Below are positions 1-13,505 of a DNA stretch of 64,000 nt, piece after piece (position 1 is the stretch's first letter; each line of letters starts with the position of its first letter). Made by a program: the position numbers and the translations under genes. The DNA is from Chiloscyllium plagiosum (taxonomy: Eukaryota): contig NC_057718.1 of NCBI RefSeq assembly GCF_004010195.1, positions 18,992,588 through 19,056,587 of the forward strand, given 5' to 3'. Under the pieces are notes generated by a model. That model had not been told where the DNA came from. It made no database searches and saw only the letters and a list, made by a program, of their open reading frames with translations.

Positions 1-764
1 GACCCTGTAACATTGATCAGATCTTCTGGTATCAGGAGTGGTGATACACTGTACTGAACTAACATTGCTGATATGCATTGAAACCCAGAAGAAATCCTGA
101 CCTTAAATCCTAAAGGACATGCACCATAATTGCCCTAGAAGTTTAACCTCCAATGGGAAGGTTCACACTGCCTGGAACCATTCTTAAGTATCCCTTACAC
201 TGATCTAATTGTCAGAGACTTGTGCTAAAAGCATACCACTTACCAGATATTTACCTTAAAATTATTAACACAGTTTAATAACTGAGTTACGCCAGAGATT
301 AATCCAATACCACTCGCACTTCCCATAACTTCCCATAACCCCAACCATTCCATTGATCTAAACCAATACGCCCCCTCCACCTGACAACCCCATCGATTAA
401 ACTATCCACTGCCAGACCTCTTGAGCTAATCTCCTAACCTGACCACCCACTCATAATCCAGCCCCTCACTCAACTACCCACTGAATCGCCCAACCTGACG
501 AGGGTCCATCCTGACCACCGACTCCTCCAACCTAATTACTTACAGTACCATCCTCCAACCATACTGAACTGAACATTAAGCCAGACTAGAATAGTCAACC
601 TTAGAACACCCTGAACCAACTACTCAGTCCCAATAGACCCATTGCTTCAGCTGGAATTGGATGTCTCAGCTGGAAAAGTGTGCAAAAAGATTAGCATACC
701 ATGATCTCTGTGGTTAGCAGCAATGCATGCAGCATCCCTGCCGATTCTGGTCCATGTTTTCAAA

Positions 765-1078
765 ATTAGATTAGATTACTTACAGTGTGGAAACAGGCCC
801 TTCGGCCCAACAAGTCCACACCGACCCGCCAAAGCGTAACCCACCCATACCCCTACATTTACCCCTTTACCTAATACTACGGGCAATTTAGCATGGCCAA
901 TTCACCTGACTTGCACATCTTTGGACTGTGGGAGGAAACCGGAGCCCCCGGAGGAAACCCACGCAGACACGGGGTGAACGTGCAAACTCCACACAGTCAG
1001 TCGCCTGAGTCGGGAATTGAACCCGGGTCTCTGGCGCTGCGAGGCAGCAGTGCTAACCACTGTGCCACCGTGCCGCCC
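765..1078 (-). mobile_element. HE1-type tRNA-derived SINE (V-domain, CR1/HER1-derived 3' tail)
   Basis: The minus strand has an A-box TGGCACAGTGG, a B-box GGTTCAATTCC, a central GTGGGTTTCCTCC domain, the tail GGGCCGAAGGGCCTGTTTCC and a (TAATC)n end. Confidence 0.85.
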
Positions 1079-1970
1079 ACTGAACCATTGCTTGTCCTTA
1101 TGTATTATATGATATCTCTATTTCAAAGGACATCACAGATTTCATTGGAGAATACCTGTTGGATAGAGGTATTCCAGTCCAAATAAAACTAATACTCAAA
1201 TAGCTGTCGTCATACTTTGTTATTTCGATGACATTAATAATTGATTTACATTTTTTTGCATCCTTTTTTTGTACATCACTTAGATTTGAACTCGAAAGCG
1301 CATTTGTTTTGATTTTTTTTGTCACTTAAATATCCCCTGCTGCTGCATTTACAGTTATCTTTCCTATTCTTTGTAATGTATCTTGTTCTTGTTGAAATAG
1401 CCCTATTACACTGAAACAGAAAAAATATTGATCTGATAGGAAGATAGTCTTTCTGCAGATGCATGGCAACAACACCACTCCTCTTCAAGCTACACGTCAC
1501 CCTGAAATGGAACTGTATCACCTTTCCTTCACTGAGGCTGGGTCAAATTCCTGGAATCTCTTCCTAACAGCACTATGGAAGTATCTGCACCAGATGAGCC
1601 ACAGCAATTTGATAAGTTGCCTCATCACCACCTTCTCCAGTCCAATTAGGGCTGAGAAATGCCAGTAGTGCCCTCACCCCTAAGAAAAAAATTTTAAAGT
1701 AACATTTTCGGTGTTCCTGAAAATACTGATTGACCTGTTCTTTTCCAGTTTGTGAGCTATTGCAACAATTTGCTTTTTTACCTCCCTAAAAAGGTGGATG
1801 TCTGGAAATGCTGAATTGTGAACCCATGTCATATTAATTCCTAGCTGAGGGGGTTGCTCTGTGATGGGCTCCTGCCTCAAAAGTTATTAGAGTAGCCACC
1901 TCCAAATGATTCAATAACAATACCAATACATTTGAAGTTAGACAGGTGAAGATATAGCTTGTGGCAGATA

Positions 1971-4309
1971 CTGCCTCAGTATTATCCTCCACTATCTCCT
2001 ACTTTTCTCACATTGTGCATTAATAAAATGAAAATAGGACAAAGGATCATTAAAATTACATTAAGGCTGTGTGAAGCTACAGCAAGGTCTTCACTACAGA
2101 CAAATAGTATTAGCCTATCACTAGAAGGTTGTCCAACAAGCCAGGAAATTGGAACTTGCCTAAAAGTCATGGCCTTTCTCTGTATAAGTTAGAGTTAGAT
2201 AGAGTCATAGATAGAGTCATAGAGATGTACAGCATGGAAACAGACACTTCGGTCTAACTCGTCCATGCCGACCAGATATCCCAACTCAATCTAGTACCAC
2301 TTGCCAGCACTCAGCCCATATCCCTCCAAACCCTTCCTATTCATACACCCATCCAAATGCCTCTTAAATGTTGCAATTGTACCAGCCTCCACCACTTCCT
2401 CTGGCAGCTCATTCCATACACGTATCACCCTCTGCATGAAACAGTTGCCCCTTAGGTCTCTTTTATGTCTTTCCCCTCTCACCCTAAACCTATGCCCTCT
2501 AGTTCTGGACTCCCCGACCCCAGGGAAAAGACTTTGCCTAGTTACCCTATCCATGCCCCTCATAATTTTGTAAACCTCCAGAAGGTCACCCCTCAGCCTC
2601 TGGCGCTCCAGGGAAAATAGCCCCAGCCTGTTCAGCGTCTCTCTATAGTTCAAATTCTCCAACCCTGGCAACATCCTTGTAAATCGTTTCTGAACCTTTT
2701 CGTGTTTCACAACATCTTTCCGATAGGAAGGAGACCAGAATTGCATGCAACATTCCAAAATTGGCCTAACCAATGTCCTGTACAGCTGCAACATGACCTC
2801 CCAACTCCTGTACTCAGTACTCTGACCAATAAACGAAAGCATACCAAATGCCTTCTCCACTATCCTATCTACCTGCGACTCCACTTTCAAGGAGCTATGA
2901 ACCTGCACTCCAAGGTCTCTTTGTTCAGCAACACTCCCTAGGACCTTACCATTAAGTGTATAAGTCCTGCTAAGAGTTGCTTTCCCAAAATGCAGCACCT
3001 TGCATTTCTCTGAATTAAACTCCATCTGCCACTTCTCAGCCCATTGGCCCATTTGGGCAAGATCCTGTTGTATTCTAAGGTAGCCCTCTTCGTTGTCCAC
3101 TATACCTCCAATTTTGGTGTCATCTGCAAACTTACTAACTGTACCTCTTATGCTCGCATCCAAATCATTTATGTAAATGACAAAAAGTAGAGGGCCCAGC
3201 ACCGATCCTTGTGGCACTCCACTGGTCACAGGCCTCCAGTCTGAAAAACAAACCTCCACCACCACCCTCTGTCTTCTACCTTTCCGCCACTTCTGCATCC
3301 AAATGGCTAGTTCTCCCTGTATTCTATTAGATCTAAACTTGCTAATCAGTTTCCCATGGGGAACCTTGTCGAACGCCTTACTGAAGTCCATATAGATCAC
3401 ATCTACTGCTCTGCCCTCATCAATCCTCTTTGTTACTTCCTCAAAAAACTCTTCCCTACAGAGTTGTTAGGTCTATTGCTTTGTGCACCTTTCACCTCCT
3501 CATAATGCGTTATAACATCTCTATCAAATATCACGCTGTTCTTGATAACTTCCTATTGCAATGCTTCCCAGGAACCCCACTTTACCAAATACACAAGAGC
3601 TGAGGCAGTGCCCTGATTTAAGAATTTGCCCAGTTTCATGAGGGCAAAGCAAAGTATTACCCACTAACAGGCCCCTTAAAACCTTCCCACAGACCTTTAG
3701 TATGTCGCAGTTCTCTGGTTGAGAATCCTTGCTGTAGCATGATTCACCATCACTCCATTTCTCACATACAGTGATTTTAGATGTTGCATATTAAGCTCAT
3801 TAAGACATTTCACACTGACTTCTTCTTTATCCAATATTAGTGGATCTTGTATAGTCATCGTGCAAAATCAGAACTGTTGTGTTTAAACCACCACCTTTTA
3901 TCACATTACTAGAGCTACAAGATCAAAAATTAATGCAAAACTATGGGAAAAGGTGAAGAACAAAAAGAAAAAGAAACAACACATGAGAAATAAATATTTA
4001 TTGAACTGCATTCCACACTGCAGCTCTCAGGCTCTAGCCATGGTAAATTGTTTGAACCTTGCTATTATAGTTTACAATACAGTCCAAACCAGACCAATGT
4101 ATTACAACCTTGTGCTATACTTTTATCTATCAGTTTTTCTATGTTTTCTAACCTTCTAGTAATAGGCTGATGCTACTTGTCTGTAGTGAAGACCTTGCTG
4201 TAGCCTCACACCGCCTGAATGTAAATTTAATGATCCTTTGTCCTATTTTCATTTTATTAATGCACAATGTGAGAAAAGTAGGAGATAGTGGAGGACAACA
4301 CTGAGGCTG
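1971..4309. mobile_element. Candidate non-autonomous DNA transposon with about 160-bp terminal inverted repeats, TA-flanked, carrying a nested CR1
   Basis: 1969-2130 is a close reverse complement of 4150-4311. Both ends are TA, followed inward by C(A/T)GCCTCAG. Confidence 0.5.
2191..3450 (-). mobile_element. CR1/HER1 LINE, 5'-truncated; RT C-terminal half with an intact frame
   Basis: ORF 2291..3400 has DFSKAFDKVPH, GVPQGSVLGPLLF, FADD and WNELP motifs. The 3' tail is (CTATGACT)n-like. Confidence 0.92.
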
Positions 4310-5304
4310 TAATTCAGTAGATGCCCATAAAGCAGTCAGGCATCACTTTCCTAGTTTATGACGGCCTCTGAGCCTCTCAATGAAATTAAAAACTACAGTA
4401 TTAACTCAATCCCTAATTCTATATGTGATTTTCTTTAGCTTTAAAAAGAGTAAAGCAATTTTAATTATTTACAATGTTGCCACAAATCACTCTGGAACTT
4501 TATTGAAACCATAAATAAAAATTAAGAGCTATTTCCCCCAAACGGTTACAATATTGTCGCAGATTTCCGTAGCATTCCAGATGTGCAATTGAATAGATTT
4601 CCTGTAAATATTGATTTTATAGAATGAAAAAAGCCAAACTGCTGTGATGGCTGTGTTTATCTGAAAATGTCACTTAATCCCATGCCATGTCCTTTCCACG
4701 ACTGGTATTAATTTTTAAAATCCCTTTTAAAAACTATAATGATTTTTTTCCATTTGCTGTGTTAACATTTGGCTACTGACAAGAAGAAAATGCTTAGCTC
4801 TCCATTATTAAGTAATCACCTGAAATCTGTGTTAGAGAGGAGGGGGAGGCTTTTGGTCTGAATGTGGTAATAAGCCCAAAATGTGTCTTCTGATGTCAGC
4901 CTCACCATAGTTTGAGTTGGGTTTTGTAAGGACGGAGCAATGTAAGTGTGAGATTTTGTGCATAAAGTGGTATTGGCATTCTGGACTCAGGCTCAAGGAA
5001 GCGGCCAGAAGGAGTAGAGTTTGGGTGGATGGGTGCAGGGGTGTGGAAGGAAGGGGCAAGGGAATGGTGCATCTGCAGTGCCAAAGAGCTAGGAAACACG
5101 GATTGAATTTTGTGAAGCAGGTCGGATGTTCGGTTCCCCCCAAGAAGCTGAAGACATTGTCTGCAATTCAGATTTCGCTGCCAGTCAGTTATTACATGAT
5201 CCTTCAGTCTTTGAAAGCTGCTTTTTTATTTCAGTACATCCTAACACCCAATAACTTCAATATTTTCCTTGGTTACTTTTGCATTGTGTAATTTACTTGC
5301 AATA

Positions 5305-5482
5305 CATGTGTTTCTGTTATAATGTACATTTCATCAACACGAATTCGCTATAACATTATTGACGCTGTTTCTATAGCGTGAACTTTTAAAACGTGTTGGC
5401 TATAATGCAATTACATTGCCAACACTTTATGCGCTGTTTCTAAAGCACGAATGCAATCATCGCGTTATATAAGAACTGACTG
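5305..5482. mobile_element. Degenerate pogo/Tigger-like MITE (same family as 33763 and 55571)
   Basis: Termini resemble CAGTC(A/T)GTTCTG, and internal gctataac motifs are shared with the other two copies. Confidence 0.5.
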
Positions 5483-5929
5483 TGGTGTAATAATAGCTTA
5501 CTGTGTTATTTTTCAAACACTTCTGTTTAAGCTTCGCTCCTACTTGCCACCTTCTCCTCAGCCACCTGCTCACCTCTTCACTCCTGCTCCCTCCTGTTTG
5601 CCATCCTTTTCCAACCTTTCAGCTCCCTTCCACGCACGACCCTTCCACCTTTCTCACATGCTACTGCTCTCCTTGAACTCACAACACTTTCCACTCAATA
5701 ACTCCCTTCCAGTTCTTTACTGTGAGTGAGGGAACAAGAGAGTGGGAGACTATGACTGGAAGTGGGATGGAAGGAGCAAGTCCAATGGCAGAAAGCAGAC
5801 AGCGGGATGGTCAAAGGAAGGAGGTAGTAGACAGGAGTGTCCAGAGGGATGAACTGAAGGTCCAGGGAAGTAACTAGTGTGACAGTTGGGAGGCAAGCAG
5901 TCTGCTGGAAGTGGAAAGCAGTGAACAAA

Positions 5930-7970
5930 ACATACAAATTAGGAGCACAAGTAAACCAAATGACCCACGGGCCTTCTCCACCATACAACAAGGTGATGGC
6001 TGTACTGTTGTTTTATGTTCCACATTCCCATATAAACCCCTGATAATCTTTGATTCCCTTACCTAATTTGAATCTAACTACATTAAACCTTAAAAATATT
6101 CAATGAACACACCTTCATTGCCTGCTGAGGCAGAGCTCCAAAATTGCACAACTCTCTGAAAGAAAAGATTTCTACTCATCTCTGTCCTCAAATGGTGACC
6201 CCTAATTATTAAACAGTGGTGCCTACTTATAGCCCCACCCACAGAGCAAACATCTTTCCCAAAACCACCTTGTCAACATCATTAGGATTTTCTATACTTC
6301 AATCACTCTTCTAAGCTTCGGTGGAACCTTTCCTCGTAAGCTAATCTACACACTCCAGTTATCCATTCAGTAAACCTCCTCTAAACCACATCCAACACAT
6401 TTACATCCTCCCTTAAATAAAGAGACCAAAACTGCTTGCAGAATTTCATATGCAGTCTCACTAATGCCCTGTATCACATCCTTACATTTATGTTCAATTC
6501 CTATCATAATAAAGAATGGCATTCTATTAGCTTTCTCAATTACTTTCTACAGCAATATATTATGTTTTTGAGACACATGCACAGAATTCCACCGTCATTT
6601 ACCATTTAAGTAATACTCTACTTTTCATTCTTCCTGCCAAAGTGAGCAAATTAACATTGTCCCACATTACAGTGCATCTGCCAGAGTTCAGTCCATTCAC
6701 TCAATCTGTCTATATTCAGTTGCAACCTTCTGATGTCCTCTTCGCAAGAGATTTTCTTACCTTTCCTAGTGCCTGCTGAAAAATTTAGCTACATGCCTTT
6801 TGCCCTCTAAAGCATCTATATCAGATCCATGCAAGACTCTACTAATCACATTTTGCCAATCAGAAAAAAAACAATTCATGCACATTTTCTGTTTTCTGCC
6901 AGCTGGCCAATCTTCAATCATGCTAAGATGTTACCTGCTCCTTCATGAGTTCCTACTTTGTGCAATAACATGGCACCTTGTCAAATGGAATTGTAATACA
7001 AAAGGTCAATAGACTCCCCTTTATCCACAACTAATGTTACTTCTTCAACTAACTCAAATAAATTGTTTATACATGATTTTCCTTTCAGAAAATCATGATA
7101 ACGATTTTTGATTAACTTGAGTTTTTCCTAAGTTCCCAGATATAACCTCCTGAAAGCTCAATTTTAATACCTTTCCCACAACAAACATCAAACAAATTGG
7201 CATATAGTTTCCAGTTTACTGCCCACTTCCCATCTTGAATAGTGGAATCAGATTTGCTACTTTTACAGTTTGTTGGAACTTTTCTGGAACCTAGCATATT
7301 TTAGAAAATTAATGACAATGGATCCACCACCTAATTAAACTATCTTTTAAGATTCTGGAATGAAATTCATCTAGTCCTGGGATCTTGTCAACTCACACCT
7401 CCATCAGTTTGCTCAGTACCACTTCCCTGGTGATAATACATTCATCAGGTTTCCTTCTCTCTTCCACTATCTTATCTATCGCTATTATTGAAATGTCCTT
7501 TATATTCTCGATAGTGAAGATAGAAACAAGCTATTTGTTCATTTCTGCCAACATTTCTTTATTATTACTATTAACTCCTCATTCTCACTCTCTAGAGGAC
7601 CAACACATACTATGCTCACTCTTACCTTTTGAATACCTGAGAAACTTCGCTATTCATTTTTCATACTTCAAGCTAGCTTCCTCTTGTACTCTAATAGTTT
7701 TCTCCAGATTAATCTTTTAGCTATCTCTGCCATTTTTTTATATTCTGTCCAATCATCTGATATGTCACTCATCTTTGCACAAAGTATATACTTTTTTCTT
7801 AAGTTTGATGATTTAACTTCTCTCATTAACCACAGGTGGTGGGCCCTCCTAATTTTTTTCTTTATTGTAGGAACATACTTATTCTGAATATTCTGAAATA
7901 TCCTCTTAAATATCTGACGCACTTCTCTGTTAATGTATCCCTTAGACTAGATCCCAGATCAATTCAACTA
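5930..7970 (-). mobile_element. Old, degenerate CR1 LINE
   Basis: Fragmentary CR1 ORF2-like translation (e.g. QNKYVPT..., EYKRKLA) and a CR1-like 3' region, with many stops and frameshifts. Confidence 0.65.
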
Positions 7971-8679
7971 TAAACATGTAGGTGCTCTACTTAAGTTTAG
8001 TTTTTAGACCTTTTAAACTGAATATAAATTTCAAATCATATTGAGGCCTCTGCTACCTAGGGGCTGCTGTTACTCTGAGCTCATTAATTAATTATGCAAC
8101 GTTACATGCGCTAAGTCTCAGATGAAATTGTATAGAGGTCGGTAAGCAGGACGTCCAGTTTGCAGTGCACAGTGATACCCAACTGCATGTGTTCTATTAC
8201 TGTGCCAGCTGAGGTTGCCATGAAGGTTCCTCCTTCTCCACCTCTCCCCTCATCTGAGATGTGGTGACCTGTAGGCCATCTCTTTCTAATAACAGAACAG
8301 GCCTATGGTCCTGGGGACTATGGCAACTTTACATTTTTATAAACTGTTCTCTGATGGGTTCCTGACTGTGCTGCTCTTAATGAACTCCTCATTCAGGCTA
8401 ACATTAACAATCTGATTTTTTTCAGTTTATTATCAGAAAGGTGCTTTTGACTAAGGCTGCAATACACAAAAAGGCAAGGGAAGGCCAAATAATCCAAGTA
8501 AGCAAGACAGCATGAAAGAAGCAAGGTAAGAGCCCTGCAGTGCACCCTATTCTAATGTATAAGATGGGCACCTGTTCCAGCACACAAAGTGGCCCACCGA
8601 CAGCTTTGAAATGAAAGGTGTCAATGAGCTCCAAAGTACAATATTGAAATGGTAAACAATATTGTAAGTGAATTGGAGA

Positions 8680-9065
8680 TAGAAGCATAGAGTATTACAG
8701 CACAGAAAGAGGCTCTACAGCCCATTGTCTCCACAGCAGACATCAAGCACTTATCTACTGACTCAATCTCATTTCCCAGCAATTGGTCCATTGCCTTGCA
8801 TACACTGGCATTTCTGGTATTCATCGAGGTACTTCCTGAATGTTGTAATATTTTCTACTTCTACCACCCTTCTGGTAGTGAATTCTAGATACACAGCACC
8901 CTCTAGGTAAAAAACATTTTCTTTAAATCCCCTCTAAACTTTCTTAAATTTATACCTATGGTTATTGACACTGTCACTAAGGGGAAAACTTTCTTCCTAC
9001 CTACTATTTTCTTCATTGCTTCAGCACAGGCAACTTCCTGTTGAAACTCCTCTGTACCTTCTGAT
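8680..9065 (-). mobile_element. CR1 3' fragment
   Basis: Resembles the CR1 3' end (aaatcccctctaaac; cacagaaagaggc tail). Confidence 0.55.
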
Positions 9066-9214
9066 CACAAAAAGCAAAATCATGCCTCATAAGTGTACTA
9101 GAATTCTTTGAGGAGGCAAAACGTAGGCTGGATAGAGGGGAAAGGTGGATGGAATGTATTTGAATCTTCAGGAGGCATTTGATTAGGTTGTCTCATAAGA
9201 TAAAAAACTCCATA

Positions 9215-12200
9215 GTACACCAAGTCAGTCTGGTTCCAGTCTCTACATCCCTCCCTAAATCCGGGGATGTGGGCCTGGTCTTTCTCCTTTAGTTTTTCTT
9301 GTAGCATTCTTGCCCCAGATCCAGTTCCTCTGAGTCAGACTCTGACACGGATGGCATGTACTGGACTGTAGCCCGTCTCTTGATCCAGAGCATCTCGGGA
9401 GAGTTTTTTCCTCTTCTTCTGGTGGTAACGGTATCGAGGCTGCATCCATCTTGGACTCTGAAGTTTCCTTGACACTAACCAGAGAGGGAGAACCTACAGT
9501 TTCTAACAGGCTTTCTGGCTGTTCCAAGGGGCCAGGTATGTATTGCTCCTGCCCCATTTGTGAGGTAACAGCTTTCAGTTTGATCCATGTGTTTCAAGTC
9601 ATCCAGGAACTGTATCAACTACTTGAACTTTGTAAATCACGGGACTGACCTCGCATCATCCTCACCTCGTACCCAACTTAGGGCCATTTCATTGTTCCAA
9701 CATCAAAATTCAGCCCCTGAATTAAACTGTCTCTCTCACTTTGAGGAGGTATGTGGCTGGCATTGGCATTCCTGCTGCCATTTCACCCTCCCTCATGGTC
9801 TTGAATTATCAGCTTTAAACTGGTGCGGAGTTTTCTCCCCATCAGCAACTCTGCTGAAACGTTGTTGCATGCAGCCTATGGTTGCATGCAGAGTGATCCT
9901 ATAATCAGGGTAGAACCTGGACAGTTTGGTATCAAGTGACAGTGTAGGCTGCTTCTTTAAGCCTGCCTATAATATTTGAACCGTTCTTTCCACTAGACCA
10001 TTGGTCGATGGATGGTATGGAGCTGTCCTTATGTGCCGAATGCCATTTGACTTTAGGAAATATTTAAATTCCCAGCTGGTAAATAACGTTCCATTGTCTG
10101 TGATAATACTTCTGGGAGTCCGAGGATCACGAATGATGCTTGCAGTCTCTCAATCATTATCCCCGAGTTGCCAACAAACTTTATGCATGGCATCCACAAT
10201 GACCAGGAACATTGGACCCATGAAAGTTCAGGCATAATCAACATGCAACTGAGCCCAGGGTTTACCCAGCCATTCCTATGAATATGGTGCTGCTGCTTGT
10301 GGCAATTTTTGTCTCTTTTGGCCCTGTGGGCACTCTGGCACTGCCCAACAATGTAGCTATGTCAGCATCCAACCCTGATCACCAGTCTTAGCTTATTGCC
10401 AGCATCTTCATCTTGGAAACCCCTGGATGACCCTAGTGGAGTTCAGCCAGTATCTGGGTGGCAACCTTTACTCTGGTTAATCACTCTTGCTCCCCATAGT
10501 AATATGTTGCCCTCCACGATATTCTGGTCTTGCTTGGTCCCGAAAGGTTTTCAGTCCGGATTACGATGGCCCTTTTCTCCCACCTAATACCACCAGCTGT
10601 TTTAGTTTTGCCAGGACAGGATCTTCTTGTGCCCACAGTCAGATATTGTCAGCGGTGACCGGAAAGGTGTCCAGGAAGTTTAAAACCAAAACAGACTCTT
10701 CCAGGGCAGGCACCACTGGTGGAGTATCTGCCAGTGGGAGGCAGTTCAAGGCATCCGTATTAGCCACTTGGCTTCCAGGTCTGTATTCTAACTTGTACTT
10801 GTATGCACTGAGAATAAGAGCCCAATACTAAATTCTATCGGAAGCTATGGACGGCACTGCCTTGTCTTCCTTCAGGAGCCCTATTGGGGGCTTGTGATCA
10901 ATGACTATGACAAATTCCGATCTGTAATAGTACTGGTGGAACTTCCTCACACCAAAGATGATCGCCAAACCTTCCTTCTCTAACTGGGTATACTTGCATT
11001 AGGCATCAGCCAAAGTCCAGGAAGTGTCCACTTTCATGTGTTCCTCTTTGTTGAGCCACCGGTGAGACAACACTAACCTGATGTTATACGAGGAGGCATC
11101 GTATGTCAGCACTGCCTCTCGCTTCGGATCTTAATGGGCCAACACCTTTGATGACGATAACTGCTTTTTCACTTTCCTTAAGGCTACTTCTTAGCTATGC
11201 AACCATTTCCAAGGCTGATTCTTTATCAATAGTAGACATAAGGATGCCAAGATGGAGGCCAGGATACATATGACGATTTTGTAATAATTCACTAATCCAA
11301 GGAAAGACCTAAGCTCTGGTACAGATGTGGGAGTAGGGAATCCTTTGATCGTTTCAATGGGTGTAATCCAATTTTATCGAGACTGTAACTCAAGTAGGTC
11401 ATTTGGGGTACCTGAAACACACATTTTTCCCTTTTAAGGCATATACCCACCCGGGAGAAATGTATAACCACGATGTCCAAGTTTTTGGTCTTTCCCATTA
11501 CTAGTATGTCATTCAGACAAATGGCAACCCGGGATAGTCCTTGTAAAATTTTCTACGAGGTTCGCTGGAAAAGGGCACGGGCTGATGTCTTGTATGTTGA
11601 TGTAAACCCTTAAGGATATTAACTGTAGTATACATTTGGGACTCCTCACCCAGTCGTAATTGCAGGAAGGCATGGCTTACGTCCAGCTTCGTAAATGACA
11701 GCCCTACCACCAACTTTACATGCATGTCCTCTATGTGAAGGATCGAATATTTATCCAGCTGCAAGATTTTGCTTGAAGTCCCCACAAAGGCGAACTGAGC
11801 CATCTGGTTTCACAATTGGTACAACCAGTGCTCCTCATCCTGCAAAATGCACTGGTTTGATGATTCCTTCACTCATCAGCTTCTTGATTTCTGCCTCTAC
11901 TTTTGCCTGCAAGGCAAATGGCACTGGGCAGGCCTTGAAAAATCTTGGAATTGATTCCTGGTCAACATGTAAGGTGGCTTTGGCCCCTTTGATAGTACCA
12001 AGCCCTTCCTGAAAATTTCTTGAGTATTTCACTAGGACTTCACTGAGACAGCCATTTTCTAATCAAAAAATGTTGAGCCAACCTAGGTGAATCTTTCTCA
12101 ACCAATTCATCCCAATAGACTTGGGCCTAAACCTTTTATTACCATCAGTGGTGATTGCATTGACTGCTTCTCATGGGAGACCAGAACCAGTCATACACTG

Positions 12201-13505
12201 AGGAACCATTGCAGATTAAGTGTATGTTCTCAATGTGGCACAAACTTAAGGATTGGAGTCCCAAGCAAATCTTGTTAGAGGCAGATTCTGCAACCACAGA
12301 TACAGCTGTGCCAGTATCGAGCTCCATGGGAACTGGGTGACCATTTAGCCAAATGTTAAATTGGTTCTGATGTGGATGTCACTAAGCAATTTAATTACTC
12401 CAACCCACATGCAGGTGGACTTTCCAGGGCGTGCAGTCTCCTGGTACCAGCCTACGAGTTTTCTTACTCAAGTCAGGCCTTGTAGGACTCCCTTGCTGTA
12501 TCGAATCTGCATACTGGCAGCAACTAGAATGGCTTGCCAGCCCACATCCTGAAAAACTGATTAGCCACTTGGTCAGGGCTCGGCTTTGTTGTGAGTTCAG
12601 CTGTGGGTTGGCCTAGGGTCCGTCTGCTCAGGATATGCCCTGCGATTGCCTACACTCGAGTGGTGTGCCCCAAGCTCAGTTGAACAGGTGAGGGAATCCA
12701 CTTCCATTGGGATGCCCTGTAGCTCCCATGTTTCACTTGCCACATTTTCTAATGATAAAGCCAGTTGTAGTGCATGTTTAAAGTCCAGTTGGGCCTCACT
12801 TAGTAGACGCTTCTGAATGGTTACATCATTAATCCCACATACCAAATGGTTTCTCAGCATCTCATTCAGGGTTAACTCAAAATCACGTGCTTCTGCCAGT
12901 CAGCTTAACCCTCTCAAAAATTCCAATACTGATTCCCCTGGTTCTCTAACAGTCAAATAAAACCAATAGCATCTCAGGATTAGAGGAGGTTTGGGGTCAT
13001 AATATCCCTTAAACAATTCCATTATCTCTTGAAAGGTTTTAGTGTCCGGTGTCTCTGGGCAAGTTAAGCCCCTTATAACCAAAACTGCTGTAAGTCTGCA
13101 AGATGTCAGAAGGATTACTCATTGCTTTTCATCTTCCCAATGTCATTTGCTGGAAAAGAAATTACATACTTTCCACATAATGGGCCGAGTCTTTGATAGC
13201 AGATCAAACAAGTCAAGTTTCCCAATATAGGCATGATGCCAGAAACGATTACCCCAACTCCAAGATGACTGTTGCAAGTAAATGTTCTTCAAGCATGTAC
13301 TGTTTTCTCTCGTCACCACTGAAATACCTGCACAGAGGCCAGTCACCCTTTATTTACTTGTGCACAGCACACTGGCTTGAGGATTGAGGAAATTCTAAAT
13401 CTCCTGTTAATATTAGTCAGCCAGGGCTTTCCTGATTAGCCCAGGTTAATAACCCCAATCAAGGATCTTGTACTCAACGAAGTCAACCTGGTTCCAGTCA
13501 CCACA
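9215..13505 (-). mobile_element. Decayed Ty3/Gypsy LTR retrotransposon, Mag-like (gag-PR-RT-RH-IN)
   Basis: Gag: LRNHLVCGINDVTIQKRLL. Protease: MELDTG. RT: PVPFALQAKVEAEI, KLDVSHAFLQL. RNase H and integrase remnants at 9800-11200. 5' LTR at 13320-13505 (TG..CA, AATAAA), PBS TGGTGACGAG, PPT AGGGAGGGA next to a 3'-LTR remnant starting at 9247. Confidence 0.85.

Noticed and set aside
280..640. C/A-rich, loosely repetitive stretch
   Set aside because: No definable repeat unit, termini or ORF; treated as low-complexity or decayed repeat.
893..1186. 97-aa ORF MANSPDLHIFGLWEETG and similar ORFs at 39564 and 45990
   Set aside because: Antisense translations of HE1 SINEs, not genes.
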